From Planctomycetota bacterium (GTDB lineage: Bacteria; Planctomycetota; MHYJ01; WSZJ01): 64,000 nucleotides of DNA. The notes below the pieces were generated by a model that saw nothing but the letters and a program-made list of their open reading frames with translations, was not told where the DNA came from and made no database searches. Where the stretch lies: positions 116,496-180,495 of the forward strand of contig JBBTCT010000031.1 of NCBI GenBank assembly GCA_038060895.1. Direction: 5' to 3'. Each line of letters opens with the position of its first letter. The stretch's first letter is position 1. The position numbers and the translations under genes are program-made. This document shows positions 1 to 9,479 of this stretch, piece after piece.

Positions 1-144
1 CGCCATGTCAACCGCTGCCCCATCCCAAGCCCAAGCCCCAGCCCCCCCCAATCCCGCTCCCCTCTTGCCCCCATCCCCTGTCGTTCTTCCTCTTCTTCTG
101 CCTTTCATGGCGCTCCGCGCCCAAGCCCCTATAATCACTCTTCT

Positions 145-1623
145 ATGCCCATCCTCGATGACCTCTGGGCCCAGGGAGACCGCGAAGCCGTTCTTCAGCG
201 GGCGATGTCTCTCATGCACGAGGCGCCCGTCCTGTTCGGCGGCCCCGACGGCCTGCGCCAGCCGTTCCTTGCGGAAGCCGTCAAGGCGTGGGACGCAGGC
301 GGAGTGCTTCCTCGCGTCAAGGCGCTACGGCCTGTTGAGAATGCGCTGCTGTTCGCCTTGCGCGACATCTACTCCGGCTGGGCTGCCGGCCTCGAGGTCT
401 CGGCGCCCGCCGCGGGCGAAGAAGCGCTGAACGTTTCCGGCGTCCTCGAGGACGTCCCGCCGCTCGACTCGGGGCTTCTCAAGCTCGTGCTCCTCGGCTC
501 GCGTTTTCTCTCGACCGACGAGGTCGCCGCCCTCGCCGTGCTCGCCGACAAGCCGGCCCGCGACGTCCTCTGGGGACTGGCCCGCGCGGAAGCAGGCCGG
601 CGTTCCCGCGGCGGCGCGGACCGGGCGAAGCTCCTGGAAAAATTCGCCCTCGCCCGGGCGACCGGAAAGTCGGCCGAAGAACTGACCGCCTGGGCCGTGA
701 CCGCGCGCGAAGGACTCGCCGTGTCACCCGCGGAAATGGATGCGGCGATCGGCTGGGCCCCCGGGACCGCCGGCAAACGGCTCGCTGCGGCGCGCGAGAC
801 GGTGCTGAAGCGGCTGATGCAGGGAAAGTCGATCTACGACCCCGAGGCGGGCGGACCGACCTTCGAGCAGCTTTCTCGCTTCATCGATGACGACCTCCCC
901 AAGGACCAGGCGGACAAGATTGCAGAGGCCATGGAGTCTTCCATGTCCGCCGTGAAGGCGACCGGACGGATTGCGCGGCTGTCGGCGCTCGTGGCGGACG
1001 CGGTGCTCGGCTCCTGGGAACCCGCAAAGCCGGTGGGTGAAGGCGGGCTGCCGATCGCGGACCTCGCGGCGTGGAGCGCCGGGGGACGCGCGGATGTCGA
1101 TGAACGCGTGGTCGCCTCCCCGGCGGAACTCGCGCGCGCCGTGGACGTGTTCCGCGCCCTCGCGGCCCGGGAGGGGCGCACGCTTCCGCCGTTGACGAAC
1201 GATGCGATTCCGAAAAGGACCGTCTCGACCGCGCCGGCCGTTCCGTCGCCGGCCACCGACGACGGCTCGCCGAAAATCCAGCTTCGCGGCTGGCCGAACC
1301 GGCTGGAGATCGTCAAAGTCCCCGACGGGATCAAGATCGACGACGACGGACACGTGAAGGCGTTTTCCTGGAAGTCCGGAAATCGCGACGTGCTGGCAGA
1401 CGTCTCCTCGACGCAGGCCGGAGTCGGCGTCCGCTTGCGCGTGAAGTCCGGCGGCGCAGCTGCCGGCGGCGTGCCCGTGACCGTGACGGCCCGCGGCACC
1501 CGCAGGACCTACAGCACCCGCCCGACCGACACGACCGGAGAAGTCGTCGTCCGCCAGATGCCGCTCCAGTCGTTCCGCATCGACATCGGCGGTTCCGCGG
1601 TCGACGTCCTGATCGAGTCCTAA
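145..1623 (+). CDS. Hypothetical protein: sigma-region-4-like HTH followed by degenerate anti-sigma-like segments and a C-terminal beta-rich domain
   Basis: 492-aa ORF. SPAEMDAAIGWAPGTAGKRLAAARETV resembles a sigma4 HTH and PTFEQLSRFIDDDLPKDQADKIAEAM resembles a zf-HC2 start without Cys/His. TATAAT at 130-135. Confidence 0.6.
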   Translation: MPILDDLWAQGDREAVLQRAMSLMHEAPVLFGGPDGLRQPFLAEAVKAWDAGGVLPRVKALRPVENALLFALRDIYSGWAAGLEVSAPAAGEEALNVSGVLEDVPPLDSGLLKLVLLGSRFLSTDEVAALAVLADKPARDVLWGLARAEAGRRSRGGADRAKLLEKFALARATGKSAEELTAWAVTAREGLAVSPAEMDAAIGWAPGTAGKRLAAARETVLKRLMQGKSIYDPEAGGPTFEQLSRFIDDDLPKDQADKIAEAMESSMSAVKATGRIARLSALVADAVLGSWEPAKPVGEGGLPIADLAAWSAGGRADVDERVVASPAELARAVDVFRALAAREGRTLPPLTNDAIPKRTVSTAPAVPSPATDDGSPKIQLRGWPNRLEIVKVPDGIKIDDDGHVKAFSWKSGNRDVLADVSSTQAGVGVRLRVKSGGAAAGGVPVTVTARGTRRTYSTRPTDTTGEVVVRQMPLQSFRIDIGGSAVDVLIES

Positions 1624-1674
1624 CCCGAAGAAGACGCGGGCGGCGACACGACAGGCCCGCCCGCTTCCCACGGC

Positions 1675-2811
1675 ATGAACCTCGACTTCATCACTCTTCC
1701 TCCCCTCCTCGCCGATCGCCTCGGCCTGCCGCGCGACAAGTCCGTGCCGCTGACCCCGGAAACCCGGCGGGCGCTGACCGAATCCGGGCCCACCGTCGAG
1801 GCCATCGTCCGCGGTTGCGAGGCCTACCTCGCCGTCGATCCCGACGACACCGACTACCGCCGCTTCCTCCGGAATTACTACCACCATCGGGGTGCCGTTC
1901 TCGCGAACGCGGGGCATCTCGAGGAAGCGGTCGATCTGTTCGGAAAGGCCCGGCTTCTCGACGACTCCGACCCGCAGGTCCACATCGATTTCGCCCGCGC
2001 TTCTCTCGAGCTGGAACGCCCCGAGGATGCGATCGAGGCCTGGCGCGCCGCGATGGCGGCCGGCGGCAAGTCGCCGGAACTCTACGATGGCCTCGCGCGG
2101 GCGTTCACGATGAAGACGGACCACAAGAGCGCGAAGGTCGCCGCGGAACAGGCACGCAAGGAATTCCCGGAAGAACTCCTGCCTCTTCACACAATGGCCA
2201 CCGTCCTCTACCACTCCGGCGACAAGGCGGGCGTCGAAAAGGTGCTTTTCGAAGCCCTCTCCAGGGCGCCGGACGACCCGCTGACCCTCGAGAAACTCGG
2301 CGTCTGGTTCCGCGAATGCGGGCGCTTCGAGGAAGCGTCGCGCGCGATCCGGCGGGCGCAGGACCTGGCGCCGGCGGAACCGCGATTGATGTACCAGCGT
2401 GGAATGATCGAGATGCGAAGCGGCGAGCGGGACGCTGCGGAGAAGACGTTTCGCAAGTTGCTCGAGGCGAGGCCGGGGGACCTGGACGCGCGGACGGCGC
2501 TGGGGATCCTGTTCGAAGAGACGTCGCGCCCCGGGGAGGCGGAGAAGCTGTTCGCCGAGTCGGCCGCGCAGGCCCCGCGCGACTACCGCGCGTTCTTCCA
2601 TCTCGGCCGGCTCTGCTGCCGCGATTCGGCCCGCGTCGAGGAAGGGGTTGCGAACTTCGAGAGGATGCTCGACCTGGCGCCGCGGGACCGGCATGCGATC
2701 CACACGGCCTACATCGTCGCTTCCAATGCCGGTAATTCGGGCGTCGCGGCCAAGGCCGAACGCCTGATGAGGGCGATGGGCGAAGATCCCCGGGTTGAGG
2801 AAGCGCCATGA
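1675..2811 (+). CDS. Tetratricopeptide repeat protein
   Basis: Multiple TPR-like units (GHLEEAVDLFGKARLLDDSDP, GRFEEASRAIRRAQDLAPAEP). Confidence 0.85.
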   Translation: MNLDFITLPPLLADRLGLPRDKSVPLTPETRRALTESGPTVEAIVRGCEAYLAVDPDDTDYRRFLRNYYHHRGAVLANAGHLEEAVDLFGKARLLDDSDPQVHIDFARASLELERPEDAIEAWRAAMAAGGKSPELYDGLARAFTMKTDHKSAKVAAEQARKEFPEELLPLHTMATVLYHSGDKAGVEKVLFEALSRAPDDPLTLEKLGVWFRECGRFEEASRAIRRAQDLAPAEPRLMYQRGMIEMRSGERDAAEKTFRKLLEARPGDLDARTALGILFEETSRPGEAEKLFAESAAQAPRDYRAFFHLGRLCCRDSARVEEGVANFERMLDLAPRDRHAIHTAYIVASNAGNSGVAAKAERLMRAMGEDPRVEEAP

Positions 2812-3548
2812 CGACGATCACGGAAGGCCCGCAGGCAGCCGGCGGGCAGCCGTCGAAGTGGCGCTACAACCTGATCACGTCGATGGCGCTGGTGGTGCCG
2901 CTCTACCTTGTCTACCAGCTCGGAGTTCTGCTTACGTGGCCGGTCTATAACGGCGCGGACCTGTTCACGGCGTACATGGTCCGGAATCTCAACCTGATCG
3001 CGTACATCGCAGTCAACGTGAGCGTCGCCGCGTGCGTTCTCGTGATGGCGGCCTCGCAGAAAGGCAAGAAAGAGGGGGTGCAGGTGGGAATGGTCGTGCC
3101 CCTTCTATTCGAAAGCGCGCTGTATGCGTTTTTCCTTGGAAGCGTGATCATCTTCGTGATGGCCCGGATTCTCCACATCCCGCCGCCGCACATGGGAGCG
3201 GAGCCGGGGGCGGGCGGGCCGCTGACGGCGCTCGTGATGAGCGCGGGGGCCGGCCTGCACGAGGAGCTGCTCTTCCGCCTTCTCCTCATGAACGGCCTGG
3301 TCGCGCTGTGTAAGGGGATGAAGTTCGGGCCGATGGAGTCGTTCCTTGCGGCGCTTCTCTTCTCAAGCACCCTCTTCAGCGCCGTGCATCACCTCGGTCC
3401 GCTGGGCGACGATTTCACGGTCTGGGTCTTCACGTTCCGAATCCTGGCGGGAGCGATCTTCGGGCTGATTTACTGGTTCAGGGGGTTCGCGGTCGCGGTG
3501 TACACGCACGCGCTCTACGACATGTACGTGCTGATGTGGCTGAGGTAG
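2808..3548 (+). CDS. CPBP family intramembrane metalloprotease (Abi/CAAX-like)
   Basis: EELLFR, FSAVHH and HALYD motifs in a multi-TM protein; 4-bp overlap with the upstream gene. Confidence 0.88.
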   Translation: MTTITEGPQAAGGQPSKWRYNLITSMALVVPLYLVYQLGVLLTWPVYNGADLFTAYMVRNLNLIAYIAVNVSVAACVLVMAASQKGKKEGVQVGMVVPLLFESALYAFFLGSVIIFVMARILHIPPPHMGAEPGAGGPLTALVMSAGAGLHEELLFRLLLMNGLVALCKGMKFGPMESFLAALLFSSTLFSAVHHLGPLGDDFTVWVFTFRILAGAIFGLIYWFRGFAVAVYTHALYDMYVLMWLR

Positions 3549-3551
3549 GCC

Positions 3552-4130
3552 TTACTTCCCTTCCCATTTCGCCATCATCCCCTGGAACGCATCCTCGGTG
3601 ACGTCGACGACGGTGCCGCTGAGGAGCAGGACGTGGCGGCCGTCCTGGAAGGGGACGGGGTCCCAGACGATCGGCTTCTCGGTGGAGGTGGAGTCGTTCA
3701 GCTTGTCCATCGTCACGCGGTAAGCCTTCTCGCCCATCTGGGCCTGGACTTCGTCGCGCGTGGCGTTCGAGCGCGGAATCGCGCAGATGTTGAAGTCGGT
3801 GATGTCGCCGGACTCGAGCATTTTCCGGAAAAACGCGCCGGGCGGCGGATACTCGCCCGTCCGGGTGGTGTACATGAGCAGGCACGCGCCGATGCTCCGG
3901 AGATTCGTGGGGCACTGGATGTCGTGCTTCGCTCCCTTGTAGACCTGTAGCGACCCCATCGGGTCGATGAGGGGCGCGGGGTTGTGGGTCTCTTTCCTCG
4001 CGGTGTCGACTTCCTGGCGCGGCCCGGAGCCCGCCCCGCCGGCCCCCGGCTTCGGGCCGATCGGCTTCGTGTCGCACCCCAGCGAAGCCGCGCACGCGGC
4101 CGCCACCAGAATCCACTTTCCTGCGCCCAC
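3552..4130 (-). CDS. Putative lipoprotein with DUF1559/H-X9-DG-like C-terminal motifs
   Basis: Lipobox-like ASLGC; CPTNLRSIGACLLMY and DGRHVLLLSGTV resemble planctomycete DUF1559-type motifs. Confidence 0.55.
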   Translation of the reverse strand: MGAGKWILVAAACAASLGCDTKPIGPKPGAGGAGSGPRQEVDTARKETHNPAPLIDPMGSLQVYKGAKHDIQCPTNLRSIGACLLMYTTRTGEYPPPGAFFRKMLESGDITDFNICAIPRSNATRDEVQAQMGEKAYRVTMDKLNDSTSTEKPIVWDPVPFQDGRHVLLLSGTVVDVTEDAFQGMMAKWEGK

Positions 4131-4161
4131 CGGGACCTCCCGCCGCTTCCGCGGCGCCGCT

Positions 4162-4434
4162 TTACTTCGCGGCCGCCGCCAGCGACTTGATCTGCGCCGC
4201 CACGCGTGACTTGTAGCGCGAGGCCGCGTTCTTGTGAATCACGTGCTTGGCCGCTGCCTTGTCCAGCCAGCTCACCAGCTCGCGGTATTCCTTCTGCACG
4301 CCCTCGCCCTTGGACTTCGCGAGGCCGAGAACCTTCTTGATCTGGCTGCGGAAGCGCGCCTTCAGAGCGCGGTTCACGATGCGACGCTTGTCGGACTGCC
4401 GGACCCTCTTCTTCGCTGACCTTGAATGAGCCAT
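4162..4434 (-). CDS. rpsT: 30S ribosomal protein S20
   Basis: MAHSRSAKKRVRQ...DKAAAKHVIHKNAASRYKSR. Confidence 0.97.
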   Translation of the reverse strand: MAHSRSAKKRVRQSDKRRIVNRALKARFRSQIKKVLGLAKSKGEGVQKEYRELVSWLDKAAAKHVIHKNAASRYKSRVAAQIKSLAAAAK

Positions 4435-4500
4435 GCCGCTGCCTGTCTCCTGTTTCGACCTCGTTGCGCGCGAATTGAGGCCCGCGCGCGTCGCCTGGGA

Positions 4501-5847
4501 TTACCCGAGCTCTTCGAGCTTCTTCGAGACGTCCTTGTAGTTGATGTCGATGTTCATGATCTTCTTGTACTCGCCCTTGGCGTCCTCGATCTTCCCCATG
4601 GACTTGTACGAATCCGCCAGGTAGTACCGCAGCGTCATCTCCCAGTCCGTGGTCGGCGCCAGCGTCAGCGCGTTCGTGAACTGAGTTGCCGCGAGGTCGT
4701 AGATCTTCTTCTGGTTGAAGCACCGCCCGAGGTACGTCATCGAGTCGATCTTCCGCTTCGGGTCCTTGATCGTCTGCTGGAACTCGCCGACCGCGGGGTC
4801 GATCATGCCGGCCGCAAAGTAGGCGCGCCCGAGCTCGTACTTGAGCGTCATGTCCGTCGGATGGTCCTTCGTGCGGCGCAGGCATTCCTCGACCCAGAAC
4901 TTCACGCGCTCCGTGTACGCCGCCTTGAACGCCGGATCGTTCACGTCGCCGCTCGCTGCCTGCTTCGCCGCCGCCACCTTGATGTCCAGCTTCTCCACCT
5001 TGATGTCGCCGATCTTCATCTTGATCGTGCCGTCGGCCGGATCCAGCGCCTTAGCACGCTCGAGACTTGCCACCGCCGCGTCGTAGTCCTTTTTCTTCTT
5101 CTGCATCTCGGCGATTTTCTTCAGCGTCTTGGCCTGCAACGGGTTGTTCGGGTCCGCCGCAACCTGCGCATTCAGGCGGCTGATCTCCTCGTCCACCTCC
5201 GCGCCCGTCTTCATGCCGTGCTTGTCCTGCTCCGCGCGTGAAGCGCCTTCCTTGTCCTTGAGGGAGTCCCGGAAATCCTTCCGGTTCTCCATGTTCCCTT
5301 CCTTGATCGTATTCAGCGCGAGCAGGTTCTTGAGTCCGCTGGTCACGTCGCGGTCGGTCGGGTCGATCTCCTGGACCTTCGTGTAGTACTCGATCGCCTT
5401 TTTGGTGTCGCCCTTCTTGTGATGAAGGTCGCCCAGCGCCTTCATCGAAACCTTGTTGCTCGCTTCGTTCTGCAGGACGTGCTCGAACTCCGTGATCGCC
5501 CCGTCGACGAAATTTCCTTCCTTGAGGGCGTTCCCCAGAGCGATGCGCACGTGGAGATTCATCGGGTCGCCGCAAAGGTAGTCCTGGGCCAGCGCAATCT
5601 TCTTTTCGACCGCCTTCGCCATGCCGATCTGCGCCTGCGCCGCCCCGCCCTTCAGGCTCGACGACATCTTGCCCGGGAAGCCCGTCGTGTTGCACTTGTG
5701 GATGACGGTCATGCGAAGCGCCTGCCTGGACTTCACATGATTGGGGTCCATCGTGCAGATCGACTTGAAGATCTCGATTGCGTAGTCCCAGTTCTTCTTG
5801 TTGAAGGCCTCGGAGCCCTTCTCGAAGAGTTTATCGACGTCCGCCAT
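4501..5847 (-). CDS. Tetratricopeptide repeat protein
   Basis: TPR units throughout, ending MNIDINYKDVSKKLEEL; ATG at 5847 preceded by GGAGG. Confidence 0.85.
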   Translation of the reverse strand: MADVDKLFEKGSEAFNKKNWDYAIEIFKSICTMDPNHVKSRQALRMTVIHKCNTTGFPGKMSSSLKGGAAQAQIGMAKAVEKKIALAQDYLCGDPMNLHVRIALGNALKEGNFVDGAITEFEHVLQNEASNKVSMKALGDLHHKKGDTKKAIEYYTKVQEIDPTDRDVTSGLKNLLALNTIKEGNMENRKDFRDSLKDKEGASRAEQDKHGMKTGAEVDEEISRLNAQVAADPNNPLQAKTLKKIAEMQKKKKDYDAAVASLERAKALDPADGTIKMKIGDIKVEKLDIKVAAAKQAASGDVNDPAFKAAYTERVKFWVEECLRRTKDHPTDMTLKYELGRAYFAAGMIDPAVGEFQQTIKDPKRKIDSMTYLGRCFNQKKIYDLAATQFTNALTLAPTTDWEMTLRYYLADSYKSMGKIEDAKGEYKKIMNIDINYKDVSKKLEELG

Positions 5848-6034
5848 GTGGTTATGGACCTCCTGAAATACCGCCGGGTGGCAAGGGGTTGATCGTACGC
5901 GCATGGAAAACCCGAGTCAAGGAGAGCGGATCGAGAAGCAGGAGGCTGATTGCAATCAGCCTCCTGCCCCTCGATCCGGGGAACGACCCATGGCTCAACG
6001 TGGCGACGCATGCGGGAGCAGGTAAGATATCGAC

Positions 6035-6553
6035 ATGAAGATCCTGAAGTACCCGCATCCGATTCTGACGACGCCGGCCGAGCGCATCGAGGCCGTGGAC
6101 GACGCGGTGCGGGCGATGGCGGAAGAGATGCTGATGGCGATGGCAGAGGCGCGGGGGCTGGGGCTCGCGGGGCCGCAGGTGGGCTATGGCAAGCGGCTGA
6201 TCTGCGTGAATATCACGCCCGGAAGTCCCGATGGCGAAAGAGTTTATGTGAATCCGGAAATCGTCGGCCGCGAGGGCGAGGCCACCGCGGAAGAGGGCTG
6301 CCTGTCGCTTCCCCATGTGAACGGCAAAATCACACGCCCGGCGAAGGTTGTCGTGAAGGCCACCGATCTCAAAGGCGAGGCGCTCACCCTGCACGCCGAC
6401 GCTCTTCTCGCCCGCGTCCTTCAGCACGAAATCGACCACCTCGACGGCGTGCTCATCATCCAGCGATTCTCGGCGATCGACAAAGCCGCCAACGCCCGCT
6501 CCTTGCGCGCGCTCGAGAAGGCGGCGAAGGAATCTTCCGCCGGGCGGCGTTGA
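6035..6553 (+). CDS. def: Peptide deformylase
   Basis: GLGLAGPQVG, EGCLS and QHEIDHLDG motifs. Confidence 0.97.
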   Translation: MKILKYPHPILTTPAERIEAVDDAVRAMAEEMLMAMAEARGLGLAGPQVGYGKRLICVNITPGSPDGERVYVNPEIVGREGEATAEEGCLSLPHVNGKITRPAKVVVKATDLKGEALTLHADALLARVLQHEIDHLDGVLIIQRFSAIDKAANARSLRALEKAAKESSAGRR

Positions 6554-6555
6554 GC

Positions 6556-7473
6556 ATGAAGCGCCACCTCGGCGTCCCGGAAGGCCGCTTCAGCGGTCTG
6601 CCCTCTCCTGTCGTCACCTTCGGCGTCTTCGACGGCGTGCACCTGGGGCACCAGGCGGTGATCGGCGAGGTGGTCCGGTGGGCGAGGTCGCTCGCCGGCA
6701 CGGCGGTCGCGATCACCTTCGACAAGCATCCGCAGGTCGTGCTTCGCGGCGCGCCCGTGCCGTCGATCTCCTCGATCGATCACCGCCTGCTCCTCATCGA
6801 GCGCGCCGGAGCGGACCTCGCGATCGTGCTGCCGTTCACGCTCGAGCTCGCCCATCTTTCGCCCGAGGACTTCCTCGAGCGATTCCTCGCCACCGAACTC
6901 CACGCCCGCGGCCTCATCCTCGGCTTCGACCAGCGCTTCGGCCATCACGCCGCCGGCGACTTTGCGCGCGCCAGGACGTGGGGCGAGAAGCGCGGGGTGG
7001 AGGTGCGCCGCGGCCCCGAGGTGGACCGCGCGGGACTCAAGGTGTCCTCGAGCGCGATCCGCATGGCGATCGCAGGAGGCCGTCTCGATGACGCGGCGGC
7101 GATGCTCGGCCGCGCGCCGTCGCTTATGGGCACCGTCGTCCATGGCGACGGCCGCGGCGGCAAGATCGGCATTCACACGGCGAATCTCGACCTGCACCAG
7201 GAGCTTCTGCCGCCGCGCGGCGTCTACCTTGCGAGCTGCACGGTTGACGGCAAGGCGTATCGCACCGTCGTCAATATCGGGTTGCGCCCCACGTTCGGGG
7301 CGGGCAAGGGCGACTCGGTCGAGGCCCACCTCCTCGACTGGTCCGGCGATCTCTACGGCCGCGACATCGAGCTCGTCCTCTCCCGCAAGCTGCGCGACGA
7401 ACGGAAATTCGAGAGCGTGGAAGCGCTGGTCGCGCAGATCCGCGCGGACATTGGGGAGGCGCGGCGCGGATGA
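6556..7473 (+). CDS. ribF: Bifunctional riboflavin kinase/FAD synthetase
   Basis: GVFDGVHLGHQ, VSSSAIR, HTANL, NIGLRPTF and EAHLLD; start is the ATG at 6556 inside the longer ORF. Confidence 0.96.
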   Translation: MKRHLGVPEGRFSGLPSPVVTFGVFDGVHLGHQAVIGEVVRWARSLAGTAVAITFDKHPQVVLRGAPVPSISSIDHRLLLIERAGADLAIVLPFTLELAHLSPEDFLERFLATELHARGLILGFDQRFGHHAAGDFARARTWGEKRGVEVRRGPEVDRAGLKVSSSAIRMAIAGGRLDDAAAMLGRAPSLMGTVVHGDGRGGKIGIHTANLDLHQELLPPRGVYLASCTVDGKAYRTVVNIGLRPTFGAGKGDSVEAHLLDWSGDLYGRDIELVLSRKLRDERKFESVEALVAQIRADIGEARRG

Positions 7474-8771
7474 GCGTGTTCGACAAGGCGACGATCGCGG
7501 CGAGGCGCGCCCGGGCGGAGAGCGCGTTTGCTGGAAGCGGCGTGACGGTGCTCATCGGCGCCGGGAGCCCGATCGGAAAGCCCGGCGGGCTCGACCAGAC
7601 GTACGAGTTCCTGCCGCACCCCCACTACTACTGGCTTACCGGTGAGCGTCGTTCCGGAAGCGTGCTCGCGTGGGAGCCCGGCGCCGGGTGGACGCATTTC
7701 GTGCGCGCGGTCACAGCCGAGGAACGGCTGTGGGAGGGCGACCCGGAAGCGCCGGCCGGGGAGGACGTCGCGAAGCTCACCGAGTGGCTCAGGAGACGCA
7801 AGGTTGCCGCCCTCGGCTCGCCCATCAAGGACGTCACCGGGGACGAAACATCATCGACGGCCCTTCGCGAAGCGCTGGATGCCGCGCGGCGTCCCAAGGA
7901 CGCGGCGGAACTGGCGATCCTCGCGCGCGCCGTGACCGCCACCGCGGCGGGATACGCGAAGGCGAGCGAAGTTCTCCGCCCCGGCATCACTGAACGCGAA
8001 CTGAAAATCGAAATCGAAGCCGCGATGTTCCGCGCCGGCGCGGAGACGACGGGGTACGGCACCATCGTCGGCTCCGGCCCCAACGCGGCCGTCCTTCACT
8101 TCGAGCCCGGCTCGCGCCGCGTCGGCGCTGACGACGTCGTGCTGATCGACGCGGGCGGCGCCATCGCGGGATACACCGCCGACGTGACGCGCACGTATCC
8201 CGCAAGCGGGCGCTTCACGCCTGAGCAGCAGGACATTCGCGATGTCGTCGCGGCTGCGCACGCGGAGGGCATTCGCCGCTGCCGCGTGGGGACGGAGTGG
8301 CACGACGTGCACCGGGCGGCGGCCGAGGTTATTGCCGCGGGCCTGCGCGACGCCGGCATCCTGCGAGGCAACCCCGCGAATCTCGCCGACTCAGGCGCCG
8401 TCGCCCTGTTCCTTCCCCATGGTATCGGGCACATGGTGGGCCTCGGCGTTCGAGACGTCGGGGGCCGCGCGCCGGGTCGCGAGGAAGGCCGCTTTTGCTG
8501 CGGCGCGCGGGTCCGGGTGGACATGCCGTTGGAAGCGGGATTCCTGATGACGATCGAGCCCGGCATTTACTTCGTCCCGGCGATCCTCGACAGCGCCGAA
8601 AAGCGCGAGAAATTCCGGGACGCGGTCGACTGGAGCGCGCTTGCGCGCTGGCGCCAGGTCGGCGGCGTCCGAATCGAGGACAACGTGCTGGTCACCGCGG
8701 GTGAGCCGTTGGTCATCACTTCCAGCATTCCGCTTCGGGCCAGTCCGGTCATTCCTACCGGCGGCGGGTAA
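7470..8771 (+). CDS. Xaa-Pro aminopeptidase (M24 family)
   Basis: IDAG, YTADVTRT, PHGIGHMVGL, TIEPGIY and GVRIEDNV motifs. Confidence 0.92.
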   Translation: MSVFDKATIAARRARAESAFAGSGVTVLIGAGSPIGKPGGLDQTYEFLPHPHYYWLTGERRSGSVLAWEPGAGWTHFVRAVTAEERLWEGDPEAPAGEDVAKLTEWLRRRKVAALGSPIKDVTGDETSSTALREALDAARRPKDAAELAILARAVTATAAGYAKASEVLRPGITERELKIEIEAAMFRAGAETTGYGTIVGSGPNAAVLHFEPGSRRVGADDVVLIDAGGAIAGYTADVTRTYPASGRFTPEQQDIRDVVAAAHAEGIRRCRVGTEWHDVHRAAAEVIAAGLRDAGILRGNPANLADSGAVALFLPHGIGHMVGLGVRDVGGRAPGREEGRFCCGARVRVDMPLEAGFLMTIEPGIYFVPAILDSAEKREKFRDAVDWSALARWRQVGGVRIEDNVLVTAGEPLVITSSIPLRASPVIPTGGG

Positions 8772-8895
8772 TCACTACCCATTTCGCGCAACGTGTTCCC
8801 TGTCCGCCGGGGACTGGCGATGGCACGTGCGTTGCTTTTGAGTTCCCCACGAGAATCCGCCCGTCCGGCCCGAGGGCCAACTCCAGGAGAACCAA

Positions 8896-9435
8896 ATGAG
8901 CATCCATCTGGCGCCCGAACGGCGCAAAGTTTCGGCGATCGTGACCGCGCTTTTCGCGGATCGCGTAAGCGCGGAGCATGGCTGGAACGCAGCCCTTGCG
9001 CGCGGGTACAAGCCGTCAGACATCTCGGCGGTCCTTTCCCCGGAAACCCACAAGAAGCTGGTGAGCGGGGAAACCCCTGCCCCTGAGGACACGGAGTTCA
9101 AGGGCGCCGGCCTTGGCGGGGCGATCGGCACTCCGGTTGGAGCCCTGGCGGCCGTCCTCATCGCGGTCGGAAGCGTTCTGTTGCTCCCTGGTGCCGGCCT
9201 TGTGCTGGCAGGCCCGATCATCGCGGCCTACGCGGGAGCGGGAGCGGGCGGCGCCATCGTCGGCGGGATCATCGGGGCGATGGTCGGCGCGGAGATCGAG
9301 GAGAATCGGGTGAAGCAGATCGAGGAGCACGTGAAGCGCGGCGGGTTCGTGCTGACCGTCCGGGCGCAGTCGATTCCCGAAGCCGATGCGATCGAAACGG
9401 ACTGGAAGAAGTTCGCCGTGGACGTGATCCGGTAA
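8896..9435 (+). CDS. General-stress-like membrane protein with glycine zipper
   Basis: Gly/Ala-rich hydrophobic hairpin (GAGLGGAIG...GGIIGAMVG) flanked by ALFAD...A and GGFVLTV. Confidence 0.7.
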   Translation: MSIHLAPERRKVSAIVTALFADRVSAEHGWNAALARGYKPSDISAVLSPETHKKLVSGETPAPEDTEFKGAGLGGAIGTPVGALAAVLIAVGSVLLLPGAGLVLAGPIIAAYAGAGAGGAIVGGIIGAMVGAEIEENRVKQIEEHVKRGGFVLTVRAQSIPEADAIETDWKKFAVDVIR

Positions 9436-9479
9436 CCGTGCCGTTCAGTCCAGCGCAGAGTTCATGGAGGAGCAGCGCC

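Noticed and set aside
20-110. C-rich low-complexity tract (CCCAAG repeats) as a functional repeat
   Set aside because: Irregular, at the window edge, and cannot be distinguished from the general C-rich blocks
724-2703. Long antisense ORFs (also 18549-21107, 22301-24127, 31974-34061, 49163-51322, 55662-57623)
   Set aside because: Stop-poor shadow frames expected in high-GC coding DNA; no motifs, and they lie opposite well-supported genes
5950-6555. N-terminally extended RibF (507 aa)
   Set aside because: The extension overlaps def in another frame and reads as Arg-rich shadow sequence; ATG 6556 gives a normal-length RibF
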